NCBI GenBank assembly: GCA_012295275.1
Contig: CM022671.1
Span: 31,558,001 to 31,622,000 of the forward strand
Reading direction: 5' to 3'
DNA length: 64,000 nucleotides
Source of the DNA: Chrysomallon squamiferum
Lineage: Eukaryota; Animalia; Mollusca
Positions 57,935-64,000 of this stretch are shown piece after piece (positions within the stretch are counted from its first letter, which is position 1; every line of letters starts with the position of its first letter). Position numbers and translations under genes: made by a program. Under the pieces are notes generated by a model. The model saw nothing but the letters and a program-made list of their open reading frames with translations. It ran no database searches and was not told where the DNA came from.

Positions 57935-59937
57935 GTTATTACTATATATATATATTTTTTTATTATTATTGGCAATATTATTAATTTATTTTTAAATATT
58001 TTGACTTCCGTATTTAAACAGTATAGAAAGTAGCTTTCCGCTCTATTAGCCAGTAAGCACGTAAATAATTAACTATCTCAGAAACAAAGATTGAAATATT
58101 CTTATTTTTATTTATTTAATTTAATTCACATGTTTTTAAATAAAATATACTGTCAGGTTTTGCTGTTCTTTTACTACTAATGGTAGAAGTAGTTGCCGAA
58201 GATGAATAACTAAATATTCACATGTTGAATCTAAATAAATACGTTTATTCTTTATTTTATTTATTTTTCTACAAATTTATTTTTATTTATTTATTTATTT
58301 TATTTATTACAGTAATAGTAATAGTAGTAGTAGTAGCAGTATTATCATCATTATTAAAAAAAAATTCAAACGTTTGCGTTCATGTAGCACAACTTTTGCA
58401 AACCAGTTTTAATTGTTTTACTTTCTTTATATACTTTCCTTTAAAAGCTACATTCTTGTTACAGTTCATTTATTTATTTATTTATTTATTTATTTACTTG
58501 TTATTCATTTCCTTAAGATCATTAATCGTTAACATACGTCAAGCCTCAGTCTGGGTTTCTAAGAAAAAAGCAGACGTCTTTTTCTTTAAATCCTTCTAGT
58601 TCTTGTAACCGGCGTAAAGTAATAAATTCACTACATAATAACACTCGTCTGGACAAGTTGCCTAATTCTCTACGATCTGGGAGGTCTGGCGATTTTAACA
58701 TAAATCGAAAAACCTTGAAAAATTGGATGAATTTTAGTGGTAACAAATGGCGCGTGACATGGGAACCACCATTATTTTTTAATATTACGCTGTATTCGCA
58801 ACACCATTATACTATATGTTTTTCACTTTTTTTAAAAAAAACAATTTTATTTATTTATATATTTTATATATTTTATTTTATTTTTCATTTGTTTTTTTTT
58901 TTTTTTTTTTTTTTTTTCTGTTATTATTTTTTATTTTTTTTTATTATTATTATTTATTTAATAACGTCACAAGCGGCAATTTAAGCTGACAGTTTTTTCA
59001 ACTGTTTGCGTCGCCCTCATCTTTACTCTTCCATAACTTCCAGACAGAAGGCGTTCGAAAATGAAAGAAAAGAAATATACAGTTAAGAGTCTGAAACTCG
59101 TAAAAATCATATAACAAACAAATCATCGATTCAACACGATTTTATAGACAGGTAATTTGGCGGTTACATACTGGAATGTTTTATACATTTGCAATTGTGT
59201 AAGAAAATGGAAAAGGAACAAAGTTTTATTATTGAATTGGGGCCTTTTGTGTTTTCAGTCTGAATTGGTTTTCGTGCCTGGCGCGTCTATTCACAGGTAA
59301 TAAATGTAGTAAAAATCAGCTTTGATACTGTAAACCATTGTTACCTGTTATTGGGTTTTGCACCGTTCTTGAAGGATATTTGTATTTCAGACTTCGCGTT
59401 GAATGTGACTGAAATTAAATTTTTGATTTATAAATTGGCTTTACCTCCTCCGTTATCCTCTCAATACAGTTTTAGTTATTTATTTTCTTAACAACACAGT
59501 CATAAAAAAATGTATTTTTATCTCTTATTAACTTTTTCTCCATTTATTTTATTTTCATTACGTTTTCTTTTTATAATTTATATTATTATTATTACTATTA
59601 TTGTTATTGTTGTTGTTGTTGCTGCTGCTTCTGCTGCTGTTGTTAGTTATTTATTTTTAAGGTCAACGACATAAAATATTTATTTCTTAAGACGGTAATA
59701 AAAGTGATACTGAATCTACATTTATGGAGATGTAAAGTTTTTCGTATGTAATTTAAAAGAATGAAATAAATAAAGAAAAGGTATGAATAAAATATGATGT
59801 TATCGAAGTAGAGAAAAATCGTTTACGATGGTTGCTACATAACATTGTTGTTTCGTGATTTCCACTGTCCCATGAACACAAACAAACATACACTTGCGTA
59901 GACAGATACATTCATTACAGAAACCACATATATATAC

Positions 59938-60018
<81 letters not shown>

Positions 60019-60754
60019 GTACAACAAATAACAGCAACAACAACATCAATAATAATAATAAGAAGAAGAACCTATTTATGATTCCCTGGTGATGATTCGA
60101 TCTCGAGAACTTCTATACATTAATGTACTACCCGCTGTGATGCATGACGTTCAGAAAAATAAAAGCAGCTACATGCCACAGTTATCTAAAATATTAAATT
60201 TGTCATCTGCCAGTGATCTCAGAGCGTAACAGGGTTTTTTTTTTTTTTGTTGGTTTTTAATCTACACTTATTTCTTAATCGTTGTTGTTCTTAACCTTAC
60301 CTTTATTTTATTTATTTATTTATTATATTTATTTATTTATTTATATATTTATTATTATAATTATTTTATTTTATTTTATTTTTTTAATCTTGCATGGTTC
60401 AATCCATCCTGAACTTTTAACAGTAATTGTCTCTTTGGCCAAACGCCTTCGAGCGCCTTCCTCGACTATTTTGACTGCAAAGTGTTTACATTATCAAACT
60501 TTTTCGAGTGCTCTTTCCATTTTCTTTTTGCTTTTTATTTCGCTCGCCACTGGTGAAGAGGCCAGCAAATATCACGATAATAAATAGGTCATGATCAAAA
60601 ATATACAAAAATAGGCCAGTAAGAAAATGTCGAGTAATAACTGTTAACGGATTCCTGGTGAATCCTTGGCATGTACGACCTCATAGGCACTATATAGGTA
60701 TTTAGTTATAAATGATGTAGAATTCTTTGGCATCCTGGCTACTAAAGCCAAAAA

Positions 60755-60818
<64 letters not shown>

Positions 60819-61616
60819 CACTAATAAAGTCATAGCGATATATCAGATTTTAAAATAACAAGCCTTAACGAAAGACGTATACTTATAACGACTTAGTAAA
60901 TTCGCTGTTTTATGTGGCCAAACGTGTTTTATGTATTTCATAACAACACAAAAGATGGATTACTAATACCAGCAAATAAACAGACAAATAAGTAAGTTAA
61001 ATAAATAATTAATTAATAAATTATAAGAAGAACAATAACAATAAGAACAACAACAATAAAAAAAAGTAAAAAGCAGCTGAAGGGATTAGGATTTACTCAG
61101 CTGAATTTACAATGAACCGCCAGATAACTAAACTCCTGTGCAATTAGTCCTTAGCCATGGGCCACGCATAACAATTAGTAGCAAGTGATCTTTCGTATAC
61201 CCGCCTTCTCATAAACAGAAAAAAACCAAACCACAGCTTTATATAAACAGTCGACAGCACTGACTGGAACGAGTAGTAGTTCGACAAGGTGGCTTGAACC
61301 TGCGACCAATGGTTCTGTGCTCTCCCTCTCTCTCTCGGAGCTTCAACAGTTCCCAAGGTCTAATTTAAAAAAAAAAAAATCAAAGTAATTAATAGAACAT
61401 GGATTCGAATCTAATTTAGTTATAAAGGGCGTTGTGTGTGTTTCACGACAGCTTGCAGATTTGTATTTGTCAGGTAACATACTTTTATTTCAGTTAACAC
61501 TAAACTGAATAACTGTTCATTGAAAGACGTTTAAAAAGATTCTGTTTCTACCTGAGTCTTTTTTCTGTTTATTACACACACAAATATATAGAAATATACA
61601 TAAAAAATGCAGACTC

Positions 61617-61659
<43 letters not shown>

Positions 61660-62741
61660 ATATATACGTATGAACACAAGGACACATAAACACATTTTTT
61701 AAAATTATTATTATTATTGGTATTATTAACGTCGCGTATTAATGTGTGCACGTGTTTTTGTATACATATAATGTAAAACTCTGTTTTGTAATCCGTGTAC
61801 GGAGATTATTACATTCATCGAAAGTTTTTCTCTTTTCTTATTTTTTCCTTCTTCTTTTCTTGAAAGTTATAGAAAAAAATATATATTGTGACACAAAACG
61901 ATAAGCATACACTTAAAATTCTTAACAATGTTACCAGCTGCATGCGAGTTTCATTATGTCCCCCTTCAGCGCTCTTCAACTGATAAAGGAAAATAGTGTG
62001 TACATAGATACATATTTGTTAATGATGTGACAATGAAAAGAAAAGACGAAACCTTTGGCTATGGAACTACATCGTCTTGTCCTGTGTTTACTTACCAGCC
62101 AGATGTATGTTCCTTCTCAAATATAAATAAGCTGTGATAGAGACGGGAACAGATATAATCGAAACACGGTAACAAGTTGGCGCTTTCCGCTGGTGTAAAC
62201 ACAAAATGGCTGACGCATACTTCACCTGTTTATAATTATTTTACGTAGAAAAAGGGACGAAGGATCCGAACAAGACAACATCAGCAACAACAAAAATAAA
62301 TAATTATAATAAATTAATTAATTAATAATTAATAATGATGAGATTAATATCTACTGATTTTTATTTTTTTTTTTTTTAATAAATAAAATAAAAAGAGTTT
62401 TATTCTACGTAATTTTATACGCATTAGGTGTTAAAGTATTTTTTATTTATTTATTATAAAAAAGAAAACAAAAAGAAATAAAAAAGCTAAATAATAATAA
62501 ATAAATAAATAAATAAATTTGAAAATGAGAAATATATTTTACGAGGACAGCTAAAATCAATACTGAACAAATAACATTCTCAGCAAATTAAAATTATAGT
62601 AAAACACACATATTAAGTTAAATTAAATGTTGCTATAGTAAAAATTAAAAATTTGTATAAAAATAATTTAAATCAATTCCACCCAATAAACAAAATATAA
62701 ATAAATAAATATTTTAAATGTTAATGATAATAAAATAAAAA

Positions 62742-62803
<62 letters not shown>

Positions 62804-62877
62804 TACGAGCGTCTATATTGCCTTTTTATTTAAATGTTAATTCGGAAGAGGTTCTTTACTTATTTATTTCCTTTTTT

Positions 62878-62911
<34 letters not shown>

Positions 62912-64000
62912 CGTGCTGGTGTCTCGTTAAACATTCATTCATTCTATTCTTTTTTTCTTTGTTTTTATTTTATTTTTTTTTTTTTTACTTTGTTTGTGTG
63001 TGTTCATCTCTCTTTACCAGACAAAAAAAAGGAAAACAAAATGAGATAACATTTGAAATATTCATTTTTTTTTATTCCTAAAAAAAAAAAAAAAAAAAAA
63101 AAAAATCAGAAAGAAAGAAAAAAAAAAAGAATTTAAAAAAATCAGTTAGGAGCGTGATGGCGCTATGTCTATTACCTGTACAAGGTGAAAACGAATATCT
63201 CGATATCAAACATAGAAATATGCACATAAATTGAAAATAAAAACACATCTTATGCATCACTGAAGACAAGGAGACACGTTTTTTCTCTCTCACTTTATTA
63301 ATATTAACAACCACGCCATCTGCAACACGAGCTGAGGGTAAAGGTGGTTTTCTCAAATAAATTATGGCTTTTACACAAATAATGTCATCTAAGCGAGCGA
63401 TAGGTTAAAAAAAAAAAAATAATAAATAATAATAATAATAATAATAATCAAGAAGAGGGCCAGTGATACTGGTACGAAGAATTTAATGTGAAAAGCCTAA
63501 ATCTTTTAAATAACATAATTCACATACCAGATGAAATGATGATGGTGGCGATTATAATGGTGATGATAATTATGTCGAAGATGATGATTAAGATGACGAT
63601 GATTGAAAATGGTAACAGAAAGAAAGAGATTCAAAGAAGGTTATGATTATGAATAGAAAAAAAAAAATGAAAAAAAGAAGGAAGAATTAAGGTGAAAGAA
63701 ATTAAAACAATAAATATATCAACATTATTTTTCATTAACAACCAACCTGTACAAGTTTCACTTCATATGTTTATGTTAATATGATTATGCATACCTATAT
63801 ATATATATATACCTTATATACTCAGATATTTCTTATATGAAAGAAAAACGAAGTGAACAGTAATAACAATAACAACAATAACAGAAACATTAACAAAACA
63901 ACAACAACATCAACAACAACAATAATATTAATAATAATAATGAATAATGAATAAATAAATAGACAAACAAACAAATAAATAAATTCACATGAATGCCCCA

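Noticed and set aside
58146-58160. Partial match to miR-8/200 (tactgtcaggt)
   Set aside because: Only about 11 nt match, the seed differs, and there is no precursor hairpin.

Overview
AT-rich, microsatellite-saturated eukaryotic (invertebrate animal, probably mollusc/lophotrochozoan; inferred, not proven) genomic DNA that is nearly a gene desert. The only protein-coding gene I can support is one complete + strand cytochrome P450 of clan 7 (CYP7A1/CYP7B1/CYP8-like). Its CDS is join(25344..25423,27590..28518,28861..29039,30174..30482): 1497 nt, 498 aa, all introns GT-AG and phase-compatible. A GC-box/TATA promoter and a probable non-coding first exon lie at about 23.0-23.1 kb. The P450 has an unusual active site: a shortened heme motif (FGSLCPG) and a remodelled I-helix (FLHVNYNTFRAAFW). 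Other content: a decayed 5'-truncated L2-clade LINE (about 5586-6270, - strand), several local tandem duplications (two with a 70-bp period), a fold-back palindrome next to a ~400-bp (CT)n tract, and CpG-retaining unique islands carrying nuclear-receptor, CRE and E-box motifs. Nearly all other ORFs in the supplied track are microsatellite artefacts. I saw no RNA genes, CRISPR arrays or prokaryotic systems. All comparisons with human CYP7A1 are recalled from memory and need checking by alignment.
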